The notes: generated by a model from the letters alone, not told the origin. A stretch of DNA of 64,000 nt from Bacteriovoracaceae bacterium (GCA_035575985.1 DATLXC010000002.1:29254-93253); one strand, 5' to 3'. Shown: positions 1 through 10,069, counted from the first letter of the stretch. Numbers and translations: made by a program.

Positions 1-780
1 GTATCGAGTAAGAAGTTTAAAAAATTCGCTCCGACTGCCGAGGGTCTGGAAAAACTTCTTGGACCTAAGAGATTTGAATTTGATAAGGCACAGAAACCTC
101 TCATGCCAGGAGTGGTGACAGGACTTGCGTGGACTTCATTTGGTGGAGACATTCTTTTTGTCGAATCCATCCCGTTAAAAGGTAAAGGCTTCAAACTTAC
201 CGGACAGCTTGGTGACGTAATGGGTGAGTCTGCTAACCTTGCTTACAGTTATGTTAAGCGGGTTCTGCAAAGCCAGATTGAAGAAGAACTTCTCAAGAGT
301 AAAAAAGTCGTAAAAAAAGTAGCTAAGAAATCTTCTAAGAAGACATTGCCAACAGTCGCTGCGATACCAGCGGCGACACATGTTCCTGCTCCGAATCCTG
401 AAGAAGCTACTGACTTCCTGGCCACTCATGAAATTCACCTTCACTTACCTGCAGGTGCCACGCCTAAAGATGGTCCATCGGCCGGTATAACAATGGCACT
501 CGCTCTTTATTCTCTGGCCACTCATCAGATGGTTAGAGGTGATGTTGCAATGACCGGAGAGTTAAGTCTTACTGGTAAAGTACTTCCAGTAGGAGGTATC
601 AAGGAAAAAGTTCTTGCAGCGAAACGTGCAGGGATAAAAGAAATCATCCTTCCTTGGCAGAATGAAAAAGATCTTAAGGAAGTTCCGGAAAGACACCGGA
701 AAGGTATGCGCTTTCATCCTGTGAAACATTTCGATGAAGTGTTGAAGATTGCCCTGAAAATGAAAAGAAATAGTAGATAA
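1..780 (+). CDS. lon: Lon protease, C-terminal part (5' end outside window)
   Basis: Frame is open from base 1; motifs [22 protein letters not shown] (catalytic Ser) and VGGIKEK (catalytic Lys). Confidence 0.95.
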   Translation, partial: VSSKKFKKFAPTAEGLEKLLGPKRFEFDKAQKPLMPGVVTGLAWTSFGGDILFVESIPLKGKGFKLTGQLGDVMGESANLAYSYVKRVLQSQIEEELLKSKKVVKKVAKKSSKKTLPTVAAIPAATHVPAPNPEEATDFLATHEIHLHLPAGATPKDGPSAGITMALALYSLATHQMVRGDVAMTGELSLTGKVLPVGGIKEKVLAAKRAGIKEIILPWQNEKDLKEVPERHRKGMRFHPVKHFDEVLKIALKMKRNSR

Positions 781-809
781 AAAAAGGGAGCCTAAGCTCC
801 CTTTTTTTT
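781..809. terminator. Bidirectional intrinsic terminator between convergent lon and rpoZ
   Basis: aaaaagggagc-ctaa-gctccc followed by a T-tract; A-tract on the other side. Confidence 0.9.
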
Positions 810-817
810 AAGATTTT

Positions 818-1030
818 TTAGAACTCGTCTGAATCGTATTCAGATCTCAGAGTGTGCTTAACTTTACCTGCAGCAATTTCTCTCAAGGCAGTAACAACTT
901 CTTTGTTCTTACTTCTAACTTGAGTTTCATCACCTTCACGAAGTTGTTTAACTCGCTTAGCAGTCAAGTGGACTAACTCATAACGGTTTTCAACATGCTC
1001 TAAGCAATCTTCGACTGTGACTCGTGCCAT
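818..1030 (-). CDS. rpoZ: RNA polymerase omega subunit
   Basis: [10 protein letters not shown]...NRYELV...AKR...[13 protein letters not shown]. Confidence 0.97.
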   Translation of the reverse strand: MARVTVEDCLEHVENRYELVHLTAKRVKQLREGDETQVRSKNKEVVTALREIAAGKVKHTLRSEYDSDEF

Positions 1031-1104
1031 AGGTTACCTCTTTACAGGGAATGATAAGAACCTCCATTTTTAAAGGAGATAGCTGTTTCTGTCAAAGGGG
1101 ATTA

Positions 1105-2925
1105 TTAATACATTGCTTCAATTCTGGCTTTATAATGCTCCGAAACAATCTTTCTTTTCACCTTAAGTGAAGGAGTCAGGAAATTATCAGTGGTAAACTC
1201 TTCTGAAATTATCTCAAATTTTTTAATAGTCTCGTACTGGGCCAATTCACTATTCACCTCATCGATCTCATTTTGCAGAATTTCCCGAACTGTCGGATGG
1301 CGAGCTAAATCCTCGAGACTACAATCAGTTGGCAGATTTAAGTCGTCTAATATACTGAGAAAGCTATCCTTGTCTATACCTATCAAGGCCGTGAGGTAGT
1401 TGCGTTTATCCCCAATGACCACCATTTGACTGATATGTGGCTTGGACTTTGCCATGTTTTCGATCTTCTGTGGGGCCACGTTTTTGCCCCCACTAGTGAT
1501 CAAGATATCTTTTTTGCGGTCAGTTATTTTGAGGTAACCCTCTGCTGTGAATTCTCCAATGTCTCCAGAGTGTAACCAACCATCTTTAATGGTTTCAGCT
1601 GTCGCTTTTGGATTTTTATAATATTCCTTCATCATAGATTCGGTACGGATAAGGATTTCACCATCGGGACCAAAGCTAAATTCCACATCTCCCATCGGCC
1701 TTCCGACAGTACCTGGAACTTGTTTTGCCAGTGGATTTAAAGAGCAGGGAGCGATTGTTTCAGTAAGGCCATAACCTTCGAGGATAGTAAGATTGGCATA
1801 GCGAAGGAATTTTATTATCTGCGGAGAGAGTGGAGCACCACCTGAAACGAAGTAGCGAATCTTTCCACCGAAACGGTTATAGATCTTTGAGAACACCAGC
1901 TTGTAGGCCAGTTGATACTCCATCATTTCAAGTGCAGAAGGCGAAAGATCGCGATCAATTTTTGAATAGTAATTTTCAGCGATATTAGTTGCCCACTTGA
2001 AGGCTTGCTTTTCAATAAAGCTTCCACCTTCAATCTGCTCATTAACTTTTGAATAAATTTTTTCAAAAATACGAGGAACTGCAAGCATGATAGTCGGTTT
2101 GACTATTTGTATATTGTCGATGAGCTTATCGATTGATTCCGCATATACTGCCTGCCATCCAAAGACCAAGGGAAGAAGTGAATCACAACGTCCGAGAACA
2201 TGCGAAAGTGGCAGGAAAGTAAGAGTTTTATCATTGGCGGTGAAAGAAGCCTTAATGGTCTTTTCCACATTCAGAAGCATCGTCGTCAGACCATGCTGGG
2301 TAATGAGTGCGCCTTTTGGTTCACCAGTCGTCCCTGAAGTATAGATAATAGATGCGTATTCTTCCGGCTGTTGATTCTCGATCTGATTCTCAAAGAAATC
2401 TGGCTGGGACTTCATAGTATCGAGTCCCAGTCTTATAAGGTCTTTATAGCTGTAATAGGGGTAAGAGTTCCTGAACTTTTTTAGCGTATCTTCTGAGAGC
2501 TCGTTTATTGAAATGACGATTTTTAAATTCGGCCAGTCTTTCAAAAGAGGTATGACTTTTTCCATCTGCTTATCGTTCTCAACAATCAGGACTGAGCTGT
2601 CGGAATGATTGAAAATATAGGTGATCTCATTTGCCAGATAGCTAGGGTAAACAGGAACAACACAGGCCCGGGAAAGAAGTGTGGTCATGTCGAAGAGGTG
2701 CCATTCTTTACAAGTCAGTGACAGGATGGCGACTTTATCACCTATGTTAACTCCAACTTTGTTGAAGGCATTTACCAGGACCTCGATATGATTTTTATAA
2801 TCAGTGAAGGTCATGCTTTTCACTTCATTATTATCTATCCAGCCAAGTGCGTAGCGGTCTGGAGTTCTATTTATACGCTGTCTAAACAATCGGCCTAATG
2901 TACGTGGTCCCTGTAGCATGAACAT
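1105..2925 (-). CDS. Long-chain fatty acid-CoA ligase (AMP-binding family)
   Basis: IIYTSGTTGEPKG, EGYGLTE, WLHSGDIG, DRKKD and TPSLKVKR motifs. Confidence 0.9.
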   Translation of the reverse strand: MFMLQGPRTLGRLFRQRINRTPDRYALGWIDNNEVKSMTFTDYKNHIEVLVNAFNKVGVNIGDKVAILSLTCKEWHLFDMTTLLSRACVVPVYPSYLANEITYIFNHSDSSVLIVENDKQMEKVIPLLKDWPNLKIVISINELSEDTLKKFRNSYPYYSYKDLIRLGLDTMKSQPDFFENQIENQQPEEYASIIYTSGTTGEPKGALITQHGLTTMLLNVEKTIKASFTANDKTLTFLPLSHVLGRCDSLLPLVFGWQAVYAESIDKLIDNIQIVKPTIMLAVPRIFEKIYSKVNEQIEGGSFIEKQAFKWATNIAENYYSKIDRDLSPSALEMMEYQLAYKLVFSKIYNRFGGKIRYFVSGGAPLSPQIIKFLRYANLTILEGYGLTETIAPCSLNPLAKQVPGTVGRPMGDVEFSFGPDGEILIRTESMMKEYYKNPKATAETIKDGWLHSGDIGEFTAEGYLKITDRKKDILITSGGKNVAPQKIENMAKSKPHISQMVVIGDKRNYLTALIGIDKDSFLSILDDLNLPTDCSLEDLARHPTVREILQNEIDEVNSELAQYETIKKFEIISEEFTTDNFLTPSLKVKRKIVSEHYKARIEAMY

Positions 2926-3010
2926 TCCTTTTTAATTCGAATGGAGATACATCAAATTTATGTTCTGAATCAATGATCTATAAAAATCAATCTCTTGGCC
3001 ATCATTAAAC

Positions 3011-3027
3011 GTGGTCTGTTCATTGCT
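3011..3027 (+). promoter_or_regulatory. Possible sigma54 -24/-12 promoter
   Basis: GTGGTCTGTTCATTGCT has GG-N10-GC 13 nt before the ATG at 3040; weaker -24 box and no clear enhancer palindrome. Confidence 0.4.
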
Positions 3028-3039
3028 ATTCCAGGTCCT

Positions 3040-3300
3040 ATGAAGACCATAATAATTGTTTCCAAATGTATGAAAGTTGTAAAACACACTACAGCAGAGA
3101 ACTTGTTCCATTTTCACTTCAGGGGCGTGTGTTCTGGTGAAGCACTCAAAAAAGTGATCTTAAAAGGAAATAAAGATCTTAATCTCAAGAAGGGTGAAGA
3201 GTATCTGATGTATGTGCAATTAGTCTCGTTTGAGGTTGGCACTCTCAAAGGCAACATTATTAAATGCAAAGCTCTGGATGAATGTTGGGATAAGTCTTAG
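3040..3300 (+). CDS. Small hypothetical protein (86 aa)
   Basis: ATG at 3040 within ORF 2995-3300; fills the gap between two minus-strand genes. Confidence 0.6.
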   Translation: MKTIIIVSKCMKVVKHTTAENLFHFHFRGVCSGEALKKVILKGNKDLNLKKGEEYLMYVQLVSFEVGTLKGNIIKCKALDECWDKS

Positions 3301-3677
3301 TTTACGTTGATTGAGACGTGGTCACCGATCATGAAATGCGGGATTTCAAAGATTGGACCCTCTTCTTCATACTTGTTCAGTGTACCGATAGAGGCTTCTT
3401 CTGAAGCATGGACAACTTTAAGTTCTCCAACTTTTACCTTATAGTTTACACGTTGCTTATTATCGTATGGATTTTGAACCGACACGATCCTGAAGACATC
3501 AAGTACGCTATCTTTCTTAACACCCTGACTGGCACCCATATTAATGTAAAAGTTCTTTCTGATTACTTCATTTTCAGCACCCATTGAAAGGTCTTGAGTC
3601 ATACTGAAAATGACATAGGAGCGGGCCCAAATATTTTGGGTGCTCAGGAATAGTGTTAACAGGAAAACAAACTTCAT
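3297..3677 (-). CDS. Secreted hypothetical protein
   Basis: Signal peptide MKFVFLLTLFLSTQNIWA; GAGG RBS; sigma28-like promoter upstream. Confidence 0.8.
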   Translation of the reverse strand: MKFVFLLTLFLSTQNIWARSYVIFSMTQDLSMGAENEVIRKNFYINMGASQGVKKDSVLDVFRIVSVQNPYDNKQRVNYKVKVGELKVVHASEEASIGTLNKYEEEGPIFEIPHFMIGDHVSINVN

Positions 3678-3706
3678 AGGAGCCTCGCAGGTCAGTCCTG
3701 AAAGTC

Positions 3707-3733
3707 TTGTCGGTGTTTCTAAATAAATACTGA
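3707..3733 (-). promoter_or_regulatory. sigma28 (FliA)-like promoter
   Basis: Minus strand TCAG-N15-ACCGACAA versus consensus TAAA-N15-GCCGATAA. Confidence 0.55.
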
Positions 3734-3778
3734 GGGAGGATAAAGGAGGTATTGTCCGACATTTATAGTCGGGAAACC

Positions 3779-5491
3779 TTACTCCTTTTTATTGAGCTTC
3801 AAATACTTGATGTTGTTATAAATTATGTCCGAATAACGGAAGTTTTCAAGGTACGCATGGTGAAGGATATAGTTACGGGTGTAGTACTGCATGGCCCATG
3901 GCATGTCCTCATTTACTATTTTTTCCATCTGTCTCATTAGTCCGAATTTCTCTTCTCCGTCTTCCAGGAATTTAAGCTGATTGAAAAGCAAATCAAACTT
4001 TTTATTCGAATATTGTGAGTAATTAGGAGCGGGCATATTTGCAGAGTTTAACAGCTGAAGGACATTTTCCGCATCCGGATAATCCAGCACCCATCCACCT
4101 TGCCAGAATTGCAGTTGACCCTTGCGTGATTTTTCGAGGAAAGCAGGAAAGGTATTTACGTTTACATCAACACTCATTCCAAGGGTTCTTAGTTCTTTCT
4201 GGATGTATTCGCCCATTTGTCGGCGTCTTGTGTCCGTCCCGCGGATATCAAAAACTAGCTTAGGCAAACCTTTGCCTTCCGGATAGCCTGCCTTGGCAAG
4301 AAACTCACGAGCAAGGCCCAGGTCATATTTGTAAGGAAGGTCAGAAGATGGTGAATAACCCGGAATGCCTGGTGGATAAATCGAGTTAGCTTTTTGTGCC
4401 ACATTGTAAGTGAAGAGTTCGATATATTTTTCAATATTGATTCCGTGGGCAATCGCCTTGCGAAGATTCAAATTATTGCCCAGTACAGGGTCTTTCATAT
4501 TAAACTGTAGCCACCAATAAATGAGTGTCGGAGATGCCTGTAGCTTGATGTTATCCTTGCCTATCTCAGGTTTAAGTTTCCCATCAGCTGTCAAGGCGAC
4601 GTGATAATGATCCTTGGTAAGGTTTATCATGTCGATTTTGTGTTTCAGGAAATTCAGCCAATCGGTTTGGGACTCTTTAATTACCACTAAGCGAACATTC
4701 TCAACGAAGGGAAGCTTTGCCCCGGCATCCTTTAGAAGTCCTTGCTCATTTGCGTAACGATCTCCCTGGGCAGGATATACACTTGTTAAATATCCCGGGT
4801 ATTTTTTAAGAATTACTTCCTGGGAGAGGTTGAAGCTGTGAATGAAATAAGGTCCTGTGCCAGCATGCTTAAGCGATAGATCGTTTTTCGTAGACCTGAT
4901 AGCTTCCGCAGGGATTGGTGCAGAAAAACTCATGGCCAGAGTATAAAGCAGCTGTGGATAGGGCTGAATGAGTTCAATAACTAAAGTTTCATCATCCGGA
5001 GCGCTAAGACCTTCAACAGGTGCATTGAAAAATTTTTCAAGGTCATTGCCTACGACTTTTCGCCATTCATTAAGACCCTTAATCTTCCCGTCATAAAGCC
5101 ACCAGCCAGTTGACCTTGTGGGTTCAAAGGCTATGCGCTTGATCTGGTCTACAAAGTCCTGGGCCTTAACTTCACGGCCTTTAGGAATGATATCTGATGG
5201 ATGATAAGTAATTCCCTTTTTAATTTTGAAAGTATAGATTCTACGATCCTCGGATACCACCGGAAATGATTTCGCGATTAATGGACGCAAAGTGTAAGGG
5301 CGTTTTAAGTATTCCAGTTCAAAAAGCGATTCATAAACCTGGGTAACGGGAACATTACAAACAGTATCGTAACAATTGGCCGGATCAAGGGAGATAATTT
5401 CACTAGGTATTGAAATTGAAATAGTGTCTTTGACTACGTTCTGCTTTGTACAACCAACCACCAATAAAAATGCTAGAAATACATATTTCAC
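3779..5491 (-). CDS. Family-5 (OppA/DppA-like) ABC substrate-binding lipoprotein
   Basis: Lipobox LVVGC; SLDPA, YTFKIKKGI.YH, GTGPY, LRKAIAHGIN, GWVLDYPD; GTG start overlaps the alaS stop. Confidence 0.88.
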   Translation of the reverse strand: MKYVFLAFLLVVGCTKQNVVKDTISISIPSEIISLDPANCYDTVCNVPVTQVYESLFELEYLKRPYTLRPLIAKSFPVVSEDRRIYTFKIKKGITYHPSDIIPKGREVKAQDFVDQIKRIAFEPTRSTGWWLYDGKIKGLNEWRKVVGNDLEKFFNAPVEGLSAPDDETLVIELIQPYPQLLYTLAMSFSAPIPAEAIRSTKNDLSLKHAGTGPYFIHSFNLSQEVILKKYPGYLTSVYPAQGDRYANEQGLLKDAGAKLPFVENVRLVVIKESQTDWLNFLKHKIDMINLTKDHYHVALTADGKLKPEIGKDNIKLQASPTLIYWWLQFNMKDPVLGNNLNLRKAIAHGINIEKYIELFTYNVAQKANSIYPPGIPGYSPSSDLPYKYDLGLAREFLAKAGYPEGKGLPKLVFDIRGTDTRRRQMGEYIQKELRTLGMSVDVNVNTFPAFLEKSRKGQLQFWQGGWVLDYPDAENVLQLLNSANMPAPNYSQYSNKKFDLLFNQLKFLEDGEEKFGLMRQMEKIVNEDMPWAMQYYTRNYILHHAYLENFRYSDIIYNNIKYLKLNKKE

Positions 5492-8100
5492 TTAAGCGAG
5501 CCTTCAATAAATTTAAGTAAGTCATTTAGCTTAGAGGCATCCCCTGATCCCTGGGCCATATCAGGTTTACCACCTCCACGACCATTAACTAAGGCAACTG
5601 CATCTTTTACAAGGGCTGAACAATCAACTGTCTTATTTTGTTTATTGGTTTTTACAATAAAAGAAACTTTATCAGTGTCAATTGCATAGAGGAAGAGCAC
5701 GCCCTGTGGAAATTTATCTACAAAGATGTCGGATAGCTTTCGCATGTTACCCTGGTCAGCAGATGGAGCGCGGGCCATGGTTAAGGTCATGCCATTTTTA
5801 ACTGCCCTTTGATCATTGAAAAGATTTTGTGATTCAAAATTTTGTAATTTATCATTTAAGGTTTCGATCTGCTTGGTCTTATCCTTGATTTCTACAAATA
5901 GGTTATTTACTTTTTCAATAACTCTTTCTTCTTTGACTGAGAGATCTTTTTCAAGTTCTGCCAGGATTTTTGAGCGATTAAGTAAGTAATCAATGGCATT
6001 AGTTGAAGTGATGGCCTCAATCCTTCTCACTCCGGATGCAAGGGAAGTTTCCACTATAATCTTGAAGAGACCAATTTCCCCTGTGTTTTTTACATGTGTA
6101 CCACCACAAAGCTCACAAGAAAAATCTCCCATAGTCAGAACGCGCACGCGATCACCATATTTCTCGCCGAAAAGCGCCATGGCACCTTTCTTGGTGGCTT
6201 CATCTTTTGTCATTTGAGTTGCAGTTACTGGCAAGGCCGTTGAAACGGCAGTGTTAACCAGTTCCTCTACTTTCTGTATTTCTTCCGGCTTCAAGGCTTC
6301 TGAATGGGTGAAGTCAAAACGCAAGCGATCCGGCCCAACTGAAGATCCAGCTTGCTTAACATGATTACCGAGGACTTTCATTAATGCAGATTGAAGCAGG
6401 TGAGTGGCAGAGTGATTGCGCTTCGTCAGCTCCCTTTCTTCGTGATTAACCTTTAACGTATAAGCTTCACCAACGTTGATGGCATCAGCATCTGATGAGA
6501 GATGCACATGTAACCCATCAACTGGTTTCTGTGTATCTGTGATGGTAGCAAGCTTTCCTTCATTCGAGAAAATTTCGCCTTTATCGCCCAGCTGACCTCC
6601 ACCCTCTCCATAGAAAGGAGATTTATCAAAGACCAGGTAGAAAACACCATCAACTTCTTCCTTGGCCAGGAGCTTGGCCTTGCTGACAATTTCATCGTAT
6701 CCAATGAAGTCAGTTGCACCAAACTTCTCCTTGATGCCATAAAACACTTTAAGGTTATCTTCCTGTACAGTGAACTTGGAACCTTTCTTTGAAAGTTCTC
6801 TTTGTTTCGCCATAGCATCTTCAAAGCCCTTACTGTCGAGCTCAATATTTTTTTCCCTCAGGATCACTTCAGTCAAATCAAGAGGAAATCCAAATGTGTC
6901 GTAAAGCTTGAATGCAACTTCTCCTGAAAACTTTTGCCCAGGCTTAACCTTGACCAATTCTTCATTGATAAGTGCGAGACCCGTATCAAGAGTCTTACGG
7001 AATTTTTCTTCTTCCAGCTTGAGCAGCTTTTCGGCCAGGGCAGCATTGGAAGCGTTGTCCGGATACTCTTCTCCTAGTGATTCAAAAACTGCAGGAATGA
7101 GCTTATAGAAACTAACTTCTTTCATTCCCATAAGCGATAAGTGACGAACGGCCCGGCGAATAATCCGTCTAAGAACATAGCCTCTTCCATCATTGGAAGG
7201 AATAACCCCATCTGTTATAAGCATAGTGCATGAGCGGATGTGATCAGCTACCACGCGGAATGATGATTTAACTTCTTCATTTTTATCTGTGTAATAGTTC
7301 TTGCCTGAAAGCTTGCCGATTGCCTTCATGATAGGTTCGAAAATATCAGTATCGTAGTTATAGTACTTACCCTGAACCACTGCCGTCACACGCTCAAGAC
7401 CGGCCCCGGTATCCACTGAAGGCTTAGGTAATGGCTTACGCTTTATCTCAGTGCCTTCCTTGTATTTTTCATATTGCATGAATACAAGATTCCAAATTTC
7501 AACATAGCGTCCTTCATCATCAATCTCTTGCTGGCCGGCAGGAACTCCCGTAGAGCGCTCAGGCCCATGATCAAAGAAAATTTCAGTACATGGACCACAA
7601 GGACCAGTGTCTCCCATTTCCCAGAAGTTTGACTTATCCCCAAGCTTGAAAATCTTCTCGCGCGGTATTCCCATTTCCCGGTGCCATATTTCCAGTGCTT
7701 CATCATCTGATTCATGAACTGTAACCAGAAGCTTATCCTTGGGAATCTTGAGATCCACAGTAAGTAATTCCCAGGCAAAACGAATTGCATCTTTTTTAAA
7801 ATAATCACCGAAAGAAAAATTTCCCAGCATTTCAAAATATGTATGGTGGCGGGCCGTGAAACCCACATTCTCCAGGTCGTTATGCTTACCACCTGCACGA
7901 ACACATTTCTGGATAGTCACTGCCCTGCGATTAGGAGGTGTAGCCTTTCCAGTAAAAAAATCCTTGAACTGATTCATTCCCGCATTGGCGAAAAGAAGAG
8001 TTGGATCGTTATGAGGGACGAGACTTGATGATTTGTGTTTCTCATGACCATTTCGGATAAAATAATTGGAAAAGGCATTTCGAATTTCTTGCGCGCGCAT
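5488..8100 (-). CDS. alaS: Alanine-tRNA ligase
   Basis: LLFANAGMNQFK, GPCGPCTEI, EIWNLVFMQ, HSATH...ELCGGTH editing motifs, GGGKPDMAQG; start ATG 8100 after GAGG. Confidence 0.98.
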   Translation of the reverse strand: MRAQEIRNAFSNYFIRNGHEKHKSSSLVPHNDPTLLFANAGMNQFKDFFTGKATPPNRRAVTIQKCVRAGGKHNDLENVGFTARHHTYFEMLGNFSFGDYFKKDAIRFAWELLTVDLKIPKDKLLVTVHESDDEALEIWHREMGIPREKIFKLGDKSNFWEMGDTGPCGPCTEIFFDHGPERSTGVPAGQQEIDDEGRYVEIWNLVFMQYEKYKEGTEIKRKPLPKPSVDTGAGLERVTAVVQGKYYNYDTDIFEPIMKAIGKLSGKNYYTDKNEEVKSSFRVVADHIRSCTMLITDGVIPSNDGRGYVLRRIIRRAVRHLSLMGMKEVSFYKLIPAVFESLGEEYPDNASNAALAEKLLKLEEEKFRKTLDTGLALINEELVKVKPGQKFSGEVAFKLYDTFGFPLDLTEVILREKNIELDSKGFEDAMAKQRELSKKGSKFTVQEDNLKVFYGIKEKFGATDFIGYDEIVSKAKLLAKEEVDGVFYLVFDKSPFYGEGGGQLGDKGEIFSNEGKLATITDTQKPVDGLHVHLSSDADAINVGEAYTLKVNHEERELTKRNHSATHLLQSALMKVLGNHVKQAGSSVGPDRLRFDFTHSEALKPEEIQKVEELVNTAVSTALPVTATQMTKDEATKKGAMALFGEKYGDRVRVLTMGDFSCELCGGTHVKNTGEIGLFKIIVETSLASGVRRIEAITSTNAIDYLLNRSKILAELEKDLSVKEERVIEKVNNLFVEIKDKTKQIETLNDKLQNFESQNLFNDQRAVKNGMTLTMARAPSADQGNMRKLSDIFVDKFPQGVLFLYAIDTDKVSFIVKTNKQNKTVDCSALVKDAVALVNGRGGGKPDMAQGSGDASKLNDLLKFIEGSLK

Positions 8101-8195
8101 AAGGACCTCTGAAGTTTGAAAATAGCCCCATAAAGGTACCATAGGGCGCCTCTCTAGAGCTAGCCAAACATAGGAGCGTGCGATGCAAAAATGGA

Positions 8196-8879
8196 CTAGA
8201 ATTTAAAGCTGGAAGTCTTCAGATCGTGTTCTTCAGGTGCTGAGGCCACTGTCTGCTGATTAGAATTGTCTGTCTCACCGAAACCACCCGGATCTTCAAT
8301 GACTGTTTCAGCTGCGAATTTGAAGCGGGTTCCTTCTAACGGACCATTACTCAAAGTAACCATGTATGAATTCGGGTCTACCTGATAGAGCATTCCGCTA
8401 AAAAGCTCACCATTATAGTCATACTCAAATACATTCCCTGACATTTCAGAAAAAGATACTGAGATTCCACGGCCATTCGGAAGGGATACCGTAAGATTTT
8501 CTATTATTCCATTACTGGTTGAAAGATTTCCTGAAAACTGGGAAGCGGCCAAACCCTTTTTCCATTTTTTCACATTTATTACTTCAATCAGGCTTAGGTT
8601 AAGTTCTTCCTGGATTGCGGCTTCCGCAAATGATTTATCTTCTTCTTTATTTTTATTGGAAGTTTTCGCAACTTTTGATTTTTTTAATGGGGCAGGTAGC
8701 CTTTTCCAGCTAACTGTAGCAGCTATAACCCGGCCTGGAGTGACTACTCCGTAAGCCTCATCCAGGCGCTTAACGAACTTAATGTTTTGCTCTATGGTCG
8801 AGTCTGAGTTGATTACGAACGCATTATAGCTGCCCGTAAGCATAACTAAGACCACAGCTATTACATGAAACCTATTCAT
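8196..8879 (-). CDS. Exported or N-anchored hypothetical protein (227 aa)
   Basis: Start ATG 8879 after GAGG; hydrophobic N-terminus; downstream of a consensus sigma54 promoter. Confidence 0.8.
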   Translation of the reverse strand: MNRFHVIAVVLVMLTGSYNAFVINSDSTIEQNIKFVKRLDEAYGVVTPGRVIAATVSWKRLPAPLKKSKVAKTSNKNKEEDKSFAEAAIQEELNLSLIEVINVKKWKKGLAASQFSGNLSTSNGIIENLTVSLPNGRGISVSFSEMSGNVFEYDYNGELFSGMLYQVDPNSYMVTLSNGPLEGTRFKFAAETVIEDPGGFGETDNSNQQTVASAPEEHDLKTSSFKF

Positions 8880-8899
8880 AAAACCTCTTACCCTTATGG

Positions 8900-8916
8900 A
8901 GCAATCCCGGTGCCAA
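8900..8916 (-). promoter_or_regulatory. sigma54 -24/-12 promoter
   Basis: Minus strand TTGGCACCGGGATTGCT matches TGGCAC-N5-TTGC exactly. Confidence 0.88.
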
Positions 8917-8972
8917 GAATGTGGTCGTTTTAAGGCATCTGGCAGGTAAAATGATGAAATAATGTACATGAG

Positions 8973-8989
8973 TGTCTAAAATTTAGACA
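8973..8989. promoter_or_regulatory. 17-bp palindrome, candidate sigma54 activator (bEBP) site
   Basis: Perfect TGTCTAAA-A-TTTAGACA; centre ~67 bp upstream of the -24 GG. Confidence 0.75.
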
Positions 8990-9013
8990 AAAAAAGGCTC
9001 CCTTTCGGGAGCC
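8989..9013 (-). terminator. Intrinsic terminator
   Basis: Minus strand ggctccc-gaaa-gggagcc followed by a U-tract, 6 nt after the TAG at 9020. Confidence 0.9.
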
Positions 9014-9019
9014 AAGAGA

Positions 9020-9856
9020 CTATTGTTTTGTGACAGAGGATTTAGGCTTCAAATAGGGGTTTGTATATGAATGTTTCTTCCCATTATTTCTTTCATCATC
9101 ATTCCTTCCATAGCTGGGCTTAGTGCCACCAAAAGGACTTCCAACGAAACTTTGTTTACCGATATTACAAGCAGTCCATAGCTCTGCTTTGATATAATCA
9201 GCTTCATCATAATAACCAAAAAGAACATCATCATATCTGACAACTGTTACAAATCGATCGCTACCCTTTGTGATGTCTTTACCAACATTTAATGTGTTCT
9301 CAAGCCATTCATCTATGTTAATGTCAATGGCGTCCTCGCCTTTTTGCTTGCGTATTCTCAGTTCGAGTTTCGGGCATACGATTATTCCCTTATGCTCAAA
9401 ATATTTTCCATTCCACTTTGATTCATAGGAGTTTTTCCTCTTGCATAGCTTAATCGTATAAGTCTTTTGATATGAGCCAACCGAAAGTTCTACTCCTGTA
9501 CTGTCGCTAGTGACTGATGAATCTCCATGCTTACGCTGAAATTCCTTGGCAGTACTAAAGGGAGCTTAATCTGGAACATTTTTAGAAAATGATCCCTTAG
9601 GAGTATCGAAATGTTCGGCAAGGTTATCCATCCAGCCAGCTTCATCCTTGTCCAACTTCTCAACCAGGTCTTCAAGTTCTTTTACAGATTCTTTCTGAAG
9701 TTCAAGGGCGTACTTGCGGAATTTTGCAGCACCTGCATACTTCTCCTTCGCAGAGGCAGTTACACTGGCCTCACAAAGCTTATCATCTGCCCTCACATTA
9801 GTAAGGAATGGGAGGGAGATGAGTAATAGAGTAGCAATTTTCTGAAAGGTATTAAT
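9020..9856 (-). pseudogene. Secreted protein gene (278 codons) with ATT at the start position and one in-frame TAA at 9566-9568
   Basis: AAGGAG-N6-ATT, then a signal peptide. Manual translation past TAA stays open for 181 codons (APFSTAKEFQRKHG...KPKSSVTKQ) to TAG 9020, followed by a terminator. Confidence 0.85.
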
Positions 9857-9890
9857 GAAGAGCTCCTTGAATGTTTTGTAATACATATAG

Positions 9891-9907
9891 AGCAAAGCCA
9901 GTGCCAA
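9891..9907 (-). promoter_or_regulatory. sigma54 -24/-12 promoter
   Basis: Minus strand TTGGCACTGGCTTTGCT matches consensus. Confidence 0.88.
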
Positions 9908-9946
9908 GTTAGGAATCCTAAAGCCTTATAATCCTGAAAGTGGAAC

Positions 9947-9963
9947 TGTCTAAAATTTAGTCG
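9947..9963. promoter_or_regulatory. Candidate bEBP enhancer box
   Basis: TGTCTAAAATTTAGTCG, 15/17 identical to the 8973 palindrome; ~50 bp from the -24 GG. Confidence 0.7.
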
Positions 9964-10017
9964 GTATGTAGAAAATGCTGATTACTGCATTATATTCTGC
10001 GGAGATCTTAACGAAAT

Positions 10018-10047
10018 AAAAAAGGCCACTCGATTAAGAGTGGCCTT
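10018..10047 (-). terminator. Intrinsic terminator
   Basis: aaggccactc/gagtggcctt stem with a minus-strand U-tract. Confidence 0.88.
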
Positions 10048-10069
10048 GAGTTTTTTTAAAAGTTAAGTC

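Noticed and set aside
3755-3771. CCGAC-N7-GTCGG palindrome after the OppA-like gene
   Set aside because: Single short occurrence with no U-tract; function unsupported
9049-9243. 64-aa Met-rich ORF (and 9490-9675)
   Set aside because: Alternative-frame shadows of the interrupted 9020-9856 gene
9020-9856. Genome-wide stop-codon reassignment explaining the in-frame TAA
   Set aside because: TAA terminates conserved genes in this window (recA, rpoZ, glmU, both flagellins)
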